Positions 1 to 13,807 of a DNA stretch of 64,000 nt are shown one piece after another. The notes below the pieces were generated by a model, which was given only the letters and a program-made list of their open reading frames with translations, searched no databases and had not been told where the DNA came from. The translations under genes were made by a program, and so were the position numbers. How positions within the stretch are numbered: position 1 is the stretch's first letter; every line of letters begins with the position of its first letter. Origin of the DNA: Octopus sinensis (taxonomy: Eukaryota); NCBI RefSeq assembly GCF_006345805.1, contig NC_042997.1:96162001-96226000 (forward strand). The letters are read 5' to 3'.

Positions 1-348
1 AATACCTTATCAAATATTAGATGCTTGAAGGGATTAAAACATGTAAAAAAGTTAAAAAGGAAAATTAAAATAAAATGGATAAATAATTTTAAAACTTGCT
101 TACTGTAAGAGAGGGAAGAATATTTTAGCTATAGCAGAAAACACAAGAGATAAGATTAAAGATGGAAAGAGCAAAGGAAAAAAAACTTTGATAGATATTG
201 AGTGTAAGAGATACATATTTACGTGCATGTTTATAGTTGTGCTGTAAGTTCATTTAGCGTCATATAATTTAGAAAACACTGCAAATCAGAAATGGTTATT
301 TGAAAATTGAAATTGAAAGAACAATCACCGAACACACGGACAAAACAA

Positions 349-391
<43 letters not shown>

Positions 392-514
392 CTATGGGTG
401 TATAATGTCTATAACTAATGATAATCCGTGGACGTTTGTCATAAATACAATGAAGAGAAAATGCATTAATGCTCTACTTCTGTATCACAACGTGGCAACC
501 AAATACTGGATGTA

Positions 515-810
515 TGGCGGAGAGCTGGTAGAAACGTTAGCGGCATTTCGTCCATCTTTATGCTCTTCGTTTAAATTCCGCCAGGATCGACTTTGCCTTT
601 CATCATTTCAGGCTCGATAAAATAAGTACCAGCTAAATACTGGGGCCGATGTAGTCGCCTTAACCCTGCTCCATACTTGCTGGCCCTGCGCCAAAACTTG
701 AAGCCAATATAAAATATTGGAATAAGGCGGCATGCTGGAAAAATCGTTAATATATCGTGCAAAATGCTTAGCGGCATTTCGCCCCCCTCCTCGTTCTGAA
801 TTCAAATTTC
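515..810 (+). mobile_element. Two tandem degenerate tRNA-derived SINE copies (octopus OK-like family); second copy truncated
   Basis: Head ggcggagagctggtagaaacgttagc and body ttcaaattccgcc..gtcgactttgcctttcatc..aagtaccag match the better copies at 12325 and 13502. Confidence 0.75.
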
Positions 811-1482
811 TCCTTGATTATTCAGGATTTGATAAAATAAGTAACAGTTGAACACTCTCGACTACTTAATCGATTTAGCCCCTTTGCCATAACTGCTAGC
901 CTTGAGCAAAAATTTGTAACCAACATAGAATAACGGAATTAAGAGGTTTTTTTCGTTTTAAATTATGGGACACTCAGACAGATTACGCGCGCGGTACGCA
1001 TAGTGGAAGCAGATTCTGACTACCACATATGCAAAGATTGTGGAGTGACAACCATCACATTACCATCATGTTAGAGTAATAATAACCGAATGAGGATAAA
1101 TATAATTACAGTCACCTAAAATGATATACTTACGAACCACAACCACACACGACACACATGCACATTTTTATACACTGGCAAATGCCCTACATACTATATA
1201 CATATACGCATATGTTCAGAAAAATTAGAAAACGAAAAGCAAAGAACTTAATAAAAGAGATGAGAAAAGCGGGACATTACAAACACATTACATACACATT
1301 ACACACAGCAAATGTGGATGATTGACATCAATACGTTGCACAGAAAAGCAGTTGGAGATTTGTAAAATTAGTACAAAGGTCAAAGAAATGAACAATAAAG
1401 CTAAAGCAGATGTGACCTATAAATGCTGCTTGTATTTATTGGCAATATATCACACACATACACCACATACACACGGAAACAA

Positions 1483-1540
<58 letters not shown>

Positions 1541-1939
1541 CTGTGTGTGTGTGTATGTGCGTCTCTGTGTGTGTACAGACACGCACATATGCATAGAAAA
1601 TTAATATACCCATAAATAATACATAAGAGTTTATTAATTGTCCATCATCTGCGCTTGCTCACTGATACGCTTCTGCAAAGAAGCTATAAAAGTCGATTTT
1701 TAGTCAATTGCTGCACGCTGCGTTGAGGATGTTTTGTGTTTATTTTTGTTTCTCTTTTTCTCTTTCCCCTTATCGCTCTCTGTCTCTTTCTTCTCTATTT
1801 GTCGCTACTTCTATTAGTCGGTTTTACATATTTTTCTGTAATGGTTTCTCGTTAGGCCAAAATTATTGATGATATTGTCTTTGTATTTTCTTTCCTGCGA
1901 AATTTACATTAAGCTTCAATATTACCATTACTTTATGAG

Positions 1940-1984
<45 letters not shown>

Positions 1985-2518
1985 TAAATTCAAATTCACT
2001 GTGACATATTTTCTAAATACCATCTATTACAACACTAAATGTTATTTATAGTTTACGCGAATCACTACATCATGATTGGCGCAGTATTTTTGACAGATTT
2101 CACCTGCCTATTAAATTTTTCTTTCTTCCTTTTACTGCTTCTTATATCTCCATCTTACATGTGTTTCGTCACCGTTACTTCTCTTTCTTACTGGTCCCAA
2201 CTGTATACCGAATAAACAATGCAAACTACGATGATACTTCAGACATGTTCTCAACTAGCTAGAAGTTTGCTATCAGAAGCACAGTGTCAGTGACCTGGTG
2301 TGTGTATGGGGGTGTCAAATTAGAATATATTTTACATATCAATACATATAATATGTTTTGATATTCATGTGGCAAAGTATAGAATATATGCTACTTTCTT
2401 TTGGGGGAACATGCAGGAAAATCAACTGCCAATGTGAAAATAACCGTTTCTTAAAAACTGGAAAACCACACACACACGCACGCGCGCACAAACACGCACA
2501 CATACATACATACATACA

Positions 2519-2549
<31 letters not shown>

Positions 2550-4097
2550 TGAGAAATCTGCAGTTGCTCTATCCAGATAAAAAGTTCAGGTTTATACCTA
2601 TAATCATTGGGGCCTTGGAATATGTGATACACTCCGTAAATACCAATCTTGAGAAATTAGGCTATTCAAAACCAGAAAGTATAAGCTAATTCGAAGACTA
2701 CAGATTCAAGCTATCAATGGAACTGTAAAAATCTATAAAATTTTCCAGAAGGTTATCATTTATGTGCATATGAGCATGTCTAGATATGCAAGTACTTGTA
2801 TGAGAAGACATACATAGAATAAAACATACAATTGTGAACGTATACATACAAAAATACCCTGTTATTGATATCAAAATTCCAATAAAGGAGCCTTGGATCT
2901 AGGTAGAAACTGGCACTTTCTCTGTTGCCAAGATATCTTGAAATATAACTGAATAATAACAAACATATATAAAAACATGCATGCATAAATGAATATATAC
3001 ATACATCTATTCATGCAAGCGTGCCTGCATGTGTGTGTATGTTTATTTGTATGCATATATCTGTGTTTCTATAAAAAATAATCCATTACTTTTATACTTA
3101 GTATGCATTTTCTTAGTTTCTTTTTACTTTTCCACTATTTGACGGGCACGGCTGAGTGCGAGTCTCAACAAAATGTAGCGACTCGGGCCCTAATATTTAT
3201 ATGAATTGATTAACTCATGTAATAGTCCATTACATTAGAACGAAACTTATTTTAACATGTTCCTTGTATTATAAGGCTTCCAAGTATATATAATTTGTAT
3301 CTTTTTAATTTTATTTTTTAAATTCATTAATTAAAATTTTGTTTGCATTTTTGAGTTGTCGTCATTTTCTGACTTTCTTTCAGGCACTCAAACCTAATAC
3401 GTTCTTTTGTGTTACACGAGAGGTCTATCGATTTTCATTTTTATTACTGCGGCCCGGCCCGCGGAAGGTCAGAATTAACATTAATATAATAAAAACTAAC
3501 ACAGAATCCCTGACACTACCATAAATTTTGGGGGATGTGTGTTAAGCGCAAATTAAAATTATTTAAAGATTTTTTAAAAAAATAATTTATATTTGATTAA
3601 ATATCAGATAATTTTTACTTTTAATAGTTCTAAGTGTGTTTTTTTTTTTCGAAATTATATTGTTTCTTATAGAATTTGCATTGAAAAGTATTATATAATT
3701 TTTTTTTATAGAATGGCGAAAAATCGAAATTTAAAATTTTACTTTCATTAACTTTTTGTAGATCTTCGCAAATGAATCGCAATTCCATTCAAACATAATA
3801 ATATATATTTTTTAAAGACAAAAATATTTTTGCAAATTCAAGACATTTGCCATGCTGTACGATATTTGGAAGAATGCTTGCAAATACTCCACCCCGCAAA
3901 ATTTTTCCATATGTGCCAAGTAATAATATTTTTTTAGCCATGTAGCGACCAGCTACATACCGTAGTCAGCTCAGCCTTTTCCAATCAAGACAGGAGCGTT
4001 TCAAGTCAACTTGGAATGGCTGCAACGGACACGTCAGAAAATTTTTGATTCTCACATTCGTTCGTTTTCTACATTCTTTTCTTGCAATGATAATAAA

Positions 4098-4750
4098 TTA
4101 TTACCTCCGCCAAAGAAGGAGGTTCTGTTTCCATTGCCGTCGGTTTGTCTGACCCAATTGTGTAAAAAATAACTCAAAACATTGTAAACGGTATTTGATG
4201 AAACTTGCAGAAAATGTTGGTAATGACACAAGTAACAGATCATGAAATTTGGGTAGTGATCAGGGAATGTTTATAGATTCTTCGAGGATTTTTCATTTGT
4301 TATATTTACTTTACATGAAGTATTACGATGTTACGCAATTCCAAGTGTTTCTCTGATTATCTCCCTTGAAAACACATGGTTTCCAAGTAACATATAGTGC
4401 CGTTGTTGTTTCAAAAGATTTATTTTGCTTTCTCTATTAGTAATTTCACTTGCGAATCTATCTCATATCTTTTATCTTATACAAACTGATGTATAAGAGA
4501 TCAAGCTACATAAACAAACGGAAGAAATTAAATGACACTAACTTATTCAAGGTTTGCTAAAAGCAGCAACAGAGGAATTGGCAGTGGTTGCAATACATCA
4601 TATAGCTGTGTTACTTTTTTTCACCCCGCCAAGTAGGTTATGTTTTTGCCGGCATTGGTTCGGGGAAGTGGGCGATTTTCAGCATGCATGTATATGGAGG
4701 GAAATGAGCTGCTTGGGGGGCGGGTCTGCGCTCTCCGAGTGCTTTTCTAT
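4098..4750 (+). mobile_element. Helentron-associated non-autonomous element (HINE/DINE-1-like)
   Basis: 5' ttattACCTCCgccaaagaaGGAGGT hairpin and a gtttgtctg block; 3' degenerate subterminal IR (cttggggggcgggt) followed by the gcgctc-tcc-gagtgc hairpin and a T-rich end. Confidence 0.6.
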
Positions 4751-5678
4751 TTTGTTATGTAAACCAACAAATTATCCAACTATAATTATTGGATAAATTA
4801 ATATTAATGTTTTGCAAATTTAAGACATTTGCGGAACGTATTTAATCAATTTTAAAAGCTCAATTAAATTAATTAAAAATTATGAAATTGCATTTCTTTA
4901 TCTCCTAAACTAAATATTCGCGACCATTCTCCCATTAAATCCATCCATCACCTCCCCGCGGTATGTAGGTGTAAACCGTATGATAACGGGCTAACGATGG
5001 TACTGGTACGTGCTCTTTGTTGATGCCAATTTAATGCTTAAAAAATATAATCTAAAAAAGGAAGAAATTTTATGGGAAAACATTTCCCCCCCCCAAAAAA
5101 AAAAAAACAAAAATTCAACAAAATGCTGTATTGAAAAAATATCAACCAAAGAAAGAAACAAGTAGGTAATTCTTTAAAAAATTACTAAGAGTTTTTGAAA
5201 GTATTTCTTAAAAAAATTACCAAAACGTATTTTGTTGCACTTTTAAAAAAATTCTAAATCATTTGTAATCTTAATCTTAAATACATACAAATCTAATGAA
5301 TATTTTTAGGCAGACAAAAGATGGTAAGTGACTACTGTTACAACAAAACGACCAAAATATTTGATCAAAGATTATAAATTGCAATAATGTATAAAAATTA
5401 TCAAACAGAAAAAAATTTTTTTAAATTTCAAATTATTCACAGTGATAAAAATATTCATTATTTTTCATTTCATTTAGATTAAAATTAATTCATTTAAATC
5501 TTTGTAACTATTTCAATTTATTATTTCAATTTTGAAAGCTGCAGTGCAATATTATTATCAAAAAAATTAAATCATTATAATTAAAATAATAATTAGTTTA
5601 AATATATAATTAAAATTTGAAAGTAGTAATAAAATATCAGTAATATTATACATACAACATAAATTAATTGGGCAGAAG

Positions 5679-5849
5679 GGTAAAGTTAAAAAGTCCAAAA
5701 TGACTAAAATTTATCCAAAAATGAGTGGGCCTTCCATTTTTAGTTCAATTTATATAACATTTATTACATAAGTAAAAGATAACAAAATAAAATAAGACTG
5801 TATAATTTAATTGCATAAAAAATAAGTGTACATATTGCTATTTTTGATA

Positions 5850-5885
<36 letters not shown>

Positions 5886-6506
5886 GGTCAAATCAGTTTG
5901 AAAAGGAAGCCGCCCACTCAAAGTTGAATAGTACAATTCTTCATATGAACTCACTTCACTCTTCTGCTCCGTATTTCAAAATATATATTTAAAATCACAA
6001 AATTATGCATTTATAATCACAAAAATATACATTTATCATCAAAATCATTACAAAAAAAAAATGGTTTATCTAATTTTGGAGTAAACAGTTTAATTTGCTT
6101 ATTTAAAAATAAATGAAAATAATGGAAATAATTATTCAAAGAAATGTAATGATAAATGATGACTTAGCTGAAATGACTATTTAAGTGGTTGAACTTAGAC
6201 GAATTCAACTGTATATCTATTCCGCGAACTTCTTTCATTATATTCAATGTGATTTGATGTTAGCGATTGACTATTGGCATTGACATGAATCTACTGGTAA
6301 TTTCTGTTTAATTTTCAGGAGTATATTAGTGTGTAGCATAGTATGTAGATACATTGTAACTAAAAGTAACAAATTTTTAAAATTGCAACAAAGTTTTAGT
6401 AAATTGTTTAAAGAAATACTTTTAAGAAATATTAGTAATTTTTTAAATAAATACCTACTTGTTTATTTCTTTTTAAAGTTTAATATTGGTTGATATTTTT
6501 TCAATA

Positions 6507-6586
<80 letters not shown>

Positions 6587-7243
6587 ATGTATGTATGTAT
6601 ATATGTATGTATACATACATGCATGTATACATAAATATACAAGTGTGCTGAGAAATAAGCTAAAAGACACTAATCTTCAGGTCAATTCATGGTAGTTGAA
6701 AATATCGCATCGACAACACAAAGCAAGGTGATACAAAATATATATAATACACAGGTTAACATGTATGATTTGCTTAAAGAAAGCAACGTCCACAGATCAA
6801 TGCGAATTCAGAGATGGAAACAAGAGATAAATTCAATATAGTTTTAAAAAATAATAAACAAATATCAGAAACATCCAAGGTATGAGAAAGAATAAAACTT
6901 TAAAACTAAAAGAACCCGGATATAAATGCATATTTTTGTGATTACAAATAAATATTTTGAAATAAAGAGCAGAAGAGTGAAGTGATTTCATATGAAGACT
7001 TGTACTATTCAACTTTGAGTGGGCGGCTTCCTTTTCAAACTGATTTGATCTACATATATACTTATGCATATCAAAAGTAGCAATATGTACACTTATTTTT
7101 TATGCAATTAAATTATACAGGCTTATTTTATTTTGTTATCTTTTACTTTATTTTATGTAATATGTTATATAAATTGAACAAGAAATGGACGGCCCACTCA
7201 TTTTTGGATAAATTTAAGTCATTTTAGACTTTTTAACTTTACC
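5679..7243. mobile_element. Foldback/long-TIR element, arms ~5679-6018 and ~6919-7243
   Basis: Arms align in inverted orientation over ~325-340 bp (ggtaaagttaaaaagtc... vs ...gactttttaactttacc); the left arm has an expanded (TA)n; no TSD found. Confidence 0.8.
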
Positions 7244-7317
7244 GGATATACTTACTAAAATATATTTATCGTTTCAATAAATATCGTTTTAAATAATCTG
7301 ACCATCCCAGCATTATT

Positions 7318-7548
7318 TTAACCCTTTAGCATTTAAAGCGGCTGTATTCGGCCAAGGTATGCTACTTCTTTTATGTTCAAACTGGCGACATCGATCTTGC
7401 CACACTTATACTACAATATTATTATAAAAGTAAACACTCAGGTCATTGAAATTCCAAAGCTACGAGATAATGCATGATTAATTGAAATCAATGTAAATAA
7501 ATAAACATTACATTTGACTGAATATTAATCTGAATGTTAAATGGATAA
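7318..7548. mobile_element. piggyBac-like MITE
   Basis: TTAA-ccctttagcatt left end; degenerate right end gaatgttaaatggataa; ~230 bp. Confidence 0.6.
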
Positions 7549-8149
7549 AGAATCTGGTGAGAGAAAATAAGCTGAATTAAAGAAAATAAATAAATATAAC
7601 GGGAAGTAGAGAGACACAGAAATGGAGAGCAAAAATCGTATTAGAAGTCAAATAGGAAGGTTTTAATTGGAATTTCCAGCACTGAATTTTAAGGATAGAG
7701 GGAATATTTCAAGAATATTAACATGGTATCAGCTTTCGAACAAATAGAGATTCTGTGAATAATTGAAATCACATTAATACTCACAGGCACACATTCGTGT
7801 ATTAATATTAACAAGGAAGCCCGTAAGCATTTATACTTGCACGGGAGAGTGTAAACACTCACATGCATACGTTTTAGCACAGAACAATAATGCCGAGCCA
7901 GTAATTTAGACAGTAGAGGATAGATAATTAGTGTAAATGACCGAAATATATTATAGTATTAATTACTTACACCAAAACATAGATTTTCCTACGCACGTAT
8001 ACAGAGAGAGAGTGGGGAAGGACATTATCCTTGCAAATATTTTCATACAGTAATACACACTGTTAAGTTATTGAGTTAAGTGTTATACCAGTTAAGGCAT
8101 TTTTACTCTGTTTACAATTACGTGATTTATAAATATTAAATAGTATGTA

Positions 8150-8450
8150 TGCAAACATACAATCGGCAGTCCGTCAGTTACGGCGACGTCTGTCCCGGTG
8201 AAATTAACGTGCCTTTGGCTGAGCACAGAAATGACTACCCTTGATGTAGTGACACAATTGAGCGTGACACAAAATGTAACAAGGCCGGCCCTTTGAATCA
8301 CTGGCACAGCTCATTTATGTCGTCCAAGTAGACTGGAATAAAGTAGCAACGTAGAATAAAGTGTCTTGCTCTGCGACACACCGTCAGGAATCAAACTCAA
8401 CTCACGACCTTACGATCGGGAGCCGAATACCCAAACTGCTAAGCCAGGCA
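8150..8450 (-). mobile_element. tRNA-derived SINE (second family)
   Basis: Reverse complement gives an A-box-like tggcttagcagtttgg, a B-box-like gagtttgattcc and gagcaagacactttat; related copy at 53140-53430. Confidence 0.6.
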
Positions 8451-8821
8451 ACTTCACATACACAACAAACATGCATTTATATGTACGCGCACGCACGCAC
8501 ACACACGCACACACACACACGTACACACATGTTTTTGTTTTATTTACTAAGAAACCAAAACAATGCAGTTTGCGAAATGTAGCAGGCTGATGGTATTGTA
8601 TGGAGACATATCTGTAATATGTATGTATTTGAATGGGTCAGTATAGTAACCAACTTGCTGCGTGTAACACCCCTCTGTTATTCATGCACGGGATATATGT
8701 GTATATGTTTTTAATTAAAAGATCCCTTTTGCTTCTCAAGTCCCCAAATTTTCGTTAAAAGAAATGCTTTTAAGAAATATTAGTGACTGCTATTTTTTAT
8801 ATGCATATATATGTAGATCAA

Positions 8822-9480
8822 ATTTTCTGGAAGAGAATCTGTAGCGCTTTTGCCAGGAGAAATTTGCACGATTTGAGGAGGATAACTGGGAAACCATCAG
8901 GGCCAGCAGCTGAGTTTGCGTCCTCCTCATCTATGGCTAGTATTACATCTTCTTCACCAATGTAGATGTAATTTATCGTAACTGCTTCTCTGGTTGTAGA
9001 TGAGGCAACAAAATAATCCACTCGTTCGTTCACTTGTCCGTGTTCCAACGGGGCAGTAATGACACTTTTGAACTGGTCATTTAGTACTTCACTGATCCTG
9101 GTTTGGTTATCTGTGAGGGAGCTGTCTTTTTGGAAGCGTAGTCCAATTTTGCAATGTACTGAGTCCGTTTATTTGGCATACTGAAAGAAAGTCTTTGTAT
9201 GCTCTCTGCTTCATATAAGATTACTGCAGTGTTGATTTTTCGTGGGACCTTTCACTACTTTTGGGATAGCAATGAATTACTTTTGTTTCATGCTGATGTC
9301 TGGTGTAGAGAGACATTTCAACCAGTTCTGTCTGGGGATTTCTTTTTGGATAGATTTCCAGTCCCACTTGAGGAAGTTCAGACTGAAGAGATTTCGGGTG
9401 CTTCCTTTAAGCAGTATGTCTCTGGCTACATTTCGTCCATACATGGCTCTGTTATAATTTGAGTTCTAAGTACCGTGTTA
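8822..9480 (-). pseudogene. CR1/L2-like LINE ORF2 fragment (endonuclease-RT linker and RT start), with stops and frameshifts
   Basis: Minus-strand peptides NFLKWDWKSI, TFFQYAK, LTDNQTRISEVLNDQFKSV and AIDEEDANSAAGPDGFPVILLKSCKFLLAKALQILF are typical of this region. Confidence 0.75.
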
Positions 9481-9552
9481 CTCTGCTTCAAGTAACAAGT
9501 CTAGATACATTCATACATACATCTGTACATAAGTATATGTATACGCATATAC

Positions 9553-9602
<50 letters not shown>

Positions 9603-10165
9603 ATGTGTGTGTGTGTATGTATATATATACATATGTATATGTATGTATATATATATATAGATATATATATGAATATATATATGTATATATATTATATATA
9701 TATAATGTGTATATATATAAAATTATATATATAGTTTAACAAAAAAATTTTCAGTATATTTTATCCAGCGGTAGAGTAAGTAATTTGTTGCTAGATGTAA
9801 ATTTTCTACGTTGGATAAATATGACAAACTGTCAGAATACTTTGATAGCGGTGTTATTCTAGCAGTAATTGGTTTCTTCGGTTCATGTCATGTTCAAATT
9901 CCAGGAATATGGAACAAATCGACCCCATTACTTGCATTTAAATCTGTTACTTATTCCACTGTTGTTTTTTGTCAAACTGCTATGTTGTGATGTGGTGACA
10001 AACACGAACACAGAGATACATATGCATGCATATATACATACTTACGTACGTAGATACATGCATGCATGCTTACATACACCCATACTTATATACATACATG
10101 TATACAGTCATAAATAATAAATCCATCCATACATACATACATGCGTGTAGGCAAAAGAATTAAAG

Positions 10166-10232
10166 TCCACGGTATTATAATGGTATCTCCACGCGTCACG
10201 CAGGATGCAGGAGATTGATTCCCCACCTTGTG
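10166..10232 (+). pseudogene. Degenerate tRNA-Asp(GTC)-like sequence (pseudogene or SINE head)
   Basis: tccacggtattataatggtatctccacgcGTCacgcaggatgcaggagattgattcccc aligns by eye to metazoan tRNA-Asp (tcctcgttagtatagtggt..cctGTCacgcggga..gttcgattcccc); stems are poorly paired. Confidence 0.55.
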
Positions 10233-10784
10233 ACAGCTCTTTAGGGGAAAATAATATAAGAGTAAATTATTAGAATAACACAGGAAGAAACCTTGAGATA
10301 CAGGGTGTTAATTTCATCCGAGGGAATGGATGAAGAAAGAGATGAGCATGAAACGAGTAAGTAAAAAGAGAAAATGTCTGAAACGATAACTTAGTACCAT
10401 GGTTTTCAAGCGATTTATTCTCTATTGTACTTTGGATAGTCTGTTGTATTTATAATATATGATTTACTACTTACTAACATCCTCTGTACAACCAATCTTA
10501 GAATTTCGTGTTTTATCTCTACCTCTGAACGCTACATTTCATTATCATCAGGGTTATTTTGAATATCCTTTTAATAATAAATGTATTTCAAATTCGTATT
10601 CTTAAAAAAAACGTAAAAGCCTTTGACAATTTAACATCAATGTCGCAGACATTTGGAATTATTGTAAAATATGTTATATGTATGTGATTACAGCTCGTGT
10701 GCGTGTGTGTATGCGTGTGTATAAATAACAATATTTCCGTATATGAACACACACACGCACACACACACACGCCCGCACATATAC

Positions 10785-10869
<85 letters not shown>

Positions 10870-10974
10870 AACATATATATACATATATATGCATGTATAT
10901 ATACGTGTATGTATATATATATATACACGTATATATATATATATACTTGCACATTCACATATATATATTATATA

Positions 10975-11098
10975 GATAGATAAAATAGATAGATAGACAA
11001 ACAGACAGACAGATAGATAGATAAATAAATAGATAGACAGACAGAAAGATAGATAGATAGATAGATAGATATATAGATAGATAGATAGATAGATATAT

Positions 11099-11190
<92 letters not shown>
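10975..11190. repeat. (AGAT)n tetranucleotide microsatellite; similar tracts at 25487-25630, 31050-31170 and 44995-45090
   Basis: Seen directly; it accounts for the IYLS-repeat ORFs. Confidence 0.95.
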
Positions 11191-11192
<2 letters not shown>

Positions 11193-11400
11193 TTACATCA
11201 ACAGGTCTATACGCCTGTACAAGCTTAGAAGATAAATGTTCAAGACTTGAAAATAACAAAGTACATTTTGTCGTATCAGATAAATTTCTGAATGATATTA
11301 ATTCTAGTTACCGGTCTCCCAGAAATAAACTGTGCTTCCTTTTCGTTGTCAAATACTGATTTCTTAATACACGACCTGATGCCGTATACATTGTAATATA

Positions 11401-11761
11401 CCTTTATATATAAAACTGTAGTTGTGTGAGTGTCTGTCCCCTTCGATTTAGATTCCTAACTACTCCCGGGTATCTTATAGTCGTGATTCATATCGAGCGC
11501 TTCTGGGTATTAGCGCGCGTCTACGATGAGACTACAATTTAAAAAATAATTTACCATCATTTTTTTCCATTTTCATGCATATTTTTTTAAAGTAACTCTA
11601 GAAAAATGTCTACGATGAGTAAACGATTTAAAAAAAAATTTACCATCATATTTTTTTACATTTTTAATGCATAATTTTGCTATTTTTTGGCTATAACTCT
11701 CTAAAAATGCTGCATAGTTATTTCCCTTACAAAACCGAGCAACGCCGGGCGATACTGCTAG
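11401..11761 (+). mobile_element. Non-autonomous Helitron, family A, short form
   Basis: 5' ..tatatataaaactgtagttgtgtgagtgtctgtc; 3' GC hairpin ccgagcaacgccggg followed by gatactgCTAG|t; same termini as 31191 and 33388. Confidence 0.85.
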
Positions 11762-12216
11762 TTTTATACAAAAGTGAAAGCTGTGTGAAAGTAAGCAAAT
11801 AGGCGTCTATGAGCAGATACAACGCCAACTGAAATCAGAGAAACAGTTTCACGTATAAATGCGGTTGAGTAATATTTAAAACACCTCCTGTCGAACGTCT
11901 TCGTATATATAATTGACGTATTTATCAATTTTTAACATAACATTAGAAGCTGTTGTCTGAACTCTTGAAATACTCAGATATAATCAAATTTCAAATACGC
12001 TTAATATGTACAAAGTTCTAACAACCTAAATTTTCTTTCAATTATAGATATAGTTTTTGTAAGACAGTCAGTGTCTAAGTGTGGCAAGGTGTGTTAATCG
12101 ATATGATCGAGTCTAGAGGTTTGCCAGTATCATAGTTGCCCCAGTCCAAATGAATGTACAGGAAATTTGGCTTCCGGTGGTGTTGAAACTCAGTGATAGC
12201 AAATAAACATATGCAC

Positions 12217-12284
<68 letters not shown>

Positions 12285-12285
12285 A

Positions 12286-12320
<35 letters not shown>

Positions 12321-12324
12321 GTAA

Positions 12325-12547
12325 GGTGGCGAGCTGGCAGAAACGTTAGCACGCTGGGCGAAATGCGTAGCCGTATTTCGCGTGCCGTTACGTTCTGAGT
12401 TCAAATTCCGCCGAGGTCGACTTTGCCTTTCATCCTTTCGGGGTCGATAAATTAAGTACCAGTTACGCACTGGGGTCGACGTAATCCGTTTGTCTGTCCT
12501 TATTTGTCCCCTCTGTGTGTAGCCCCTTGTGGGTAGTAAAGAAACAT
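12325..12547 (+). mobile_element. Full-length OK-like tRNA-derived SINE
   Basis: Head ggtggcgagctggcagaaacgttagc, B-box-like gagttcaaattcc, tail gtagtaaagaaa, inserted in (TA)n. Confidence 0.85.
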
Positions 12548-12549
12548 AT

Positions 12550-12594
<45 letters not shown>

Positions 12595-12611
<17 letters not shown>

Positions 12612-13450
12612 TCAACTTGTGTGTCTGTGTGTGTATCTGTGTGTGTGTCTGTGTGTGTATCTGTGTGTCTGTGTGTTTAACTTCCCGGCACATCTCCTCC
12701 TAGCAACAAATCGTAGAACCACCAAAAATGGGTCACTTAAAGTTTAGGCGAATGAAAATTGAACTGCGCTATTTCTGTTCCGAAATTGATCTCGCAAGTG
12801 GAAAAATCGATAATGTGTTTGTTTAAATCTAATTCTGTGCATTAAATAGTGAACTTTACTCAGTCAGCTGTTTGACATGGACTGTGTTCACCACGCGTGC
12901 AAGCATGCGTAAATTGCATGAAAAATAAAAAATTAAGATATAAAAATGAATCGCCGTAAACATTGTAGAAATTCGGCAAAGAAATGAATTTTCGGGATGT
13001 AGCCTGGAGGGTTTTTTCGTATTAATCGTTTGGACTTTGTGAACACATACCATTTGTTTTCATAACATTTTTAACGCTTTGAATTAAATGTGACCATTTT
13101 GCGTTGAGTCTGCAGTTTGAATCACTTTAACCAAATTTTAGCAGGACGGATTTTTGATCATCACGATACATCGCCAGCGACTCCCTGAAACTCTCCCCTG
13201 AAATACCCGTTGAGAAATACTGATCTAAAAGAATAATTCAACAATGCAATTATTTGATCAACAAAAATTTATGAAACGCTTTTACGTACTTACTATTGAG
13301 GAAATGGAACACATAAGCGCAAAAATAGAGGGCATTAAATGCTTGATTTTAAAACCAAAATAATTGAATTTTCATTGAACTTCATCCAAGTTTAGCTTAA
13401 TTCGTGCGTGCATAGAACGCACGAGCGCACGAGCCGGGCAATACTGCTAG
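12595..13450 (+). mobile_element. Non-autonomous Helitron, family B (~850 bp)
   Basis: 5' tatataaaactcaacttgtgtgtctgtg within (TA)n; 3' gagccgggcaatactgCTAG|t resembles the family A end. Confidence 0.6.
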
Positions 13451-13501
13451 TATATATATATTTCAAAAAGGCGGCGAGCTGGTATATATATATTTCAAAA
13501 A

Positions 13502-13717
13502 GGCGGCGAGCTGGTAGAAACGTTAGCACGCCGGGCGAAATTCGTCTGTCGTTACGTTCCGAGTTCAAATTCCGCCGAGGTCGACTTTGCCTTTCATCCT
13601 TTCGGGGTCGATAAATTAAGTACCAGTTACGCACTGGGGTCGATGTACTCGACTTAATCCCTTTGTCTGTCCTTGTTTGTCCCCTCTGTGTTTAGACCCT
13701 TGTGGGTAGTAAAGAAA
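13502..13717 (+). mobile_element. Full-length OK-like SINE with a 19-bp TSD
   Basis: tatatatatatttcaaaaa at 13483-13501 and 13718-13736 flanks the SINE. Confidence 0.9.
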
Positions 13718-13807
13718 TATATATATATTTCAAAAAATAGAGAAAAAATACAAGACAAGCCAACAACGCGAGGACGTAGTACATGCAAAGTATTAAGACA
13801 CTCGGAG

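Noticed and set aside
1680-1710. TATAAAA followed by an Inr-like sequence
   Set aside because: Spacing is too short and such motifs are common in AT-rich DNA
9761-9818. ~14-bp imperfect inverted repeat (ttatccagcggtaga / tctacgttggataa)
   Set aside because: Too short and single-copy in the window to call a MITE
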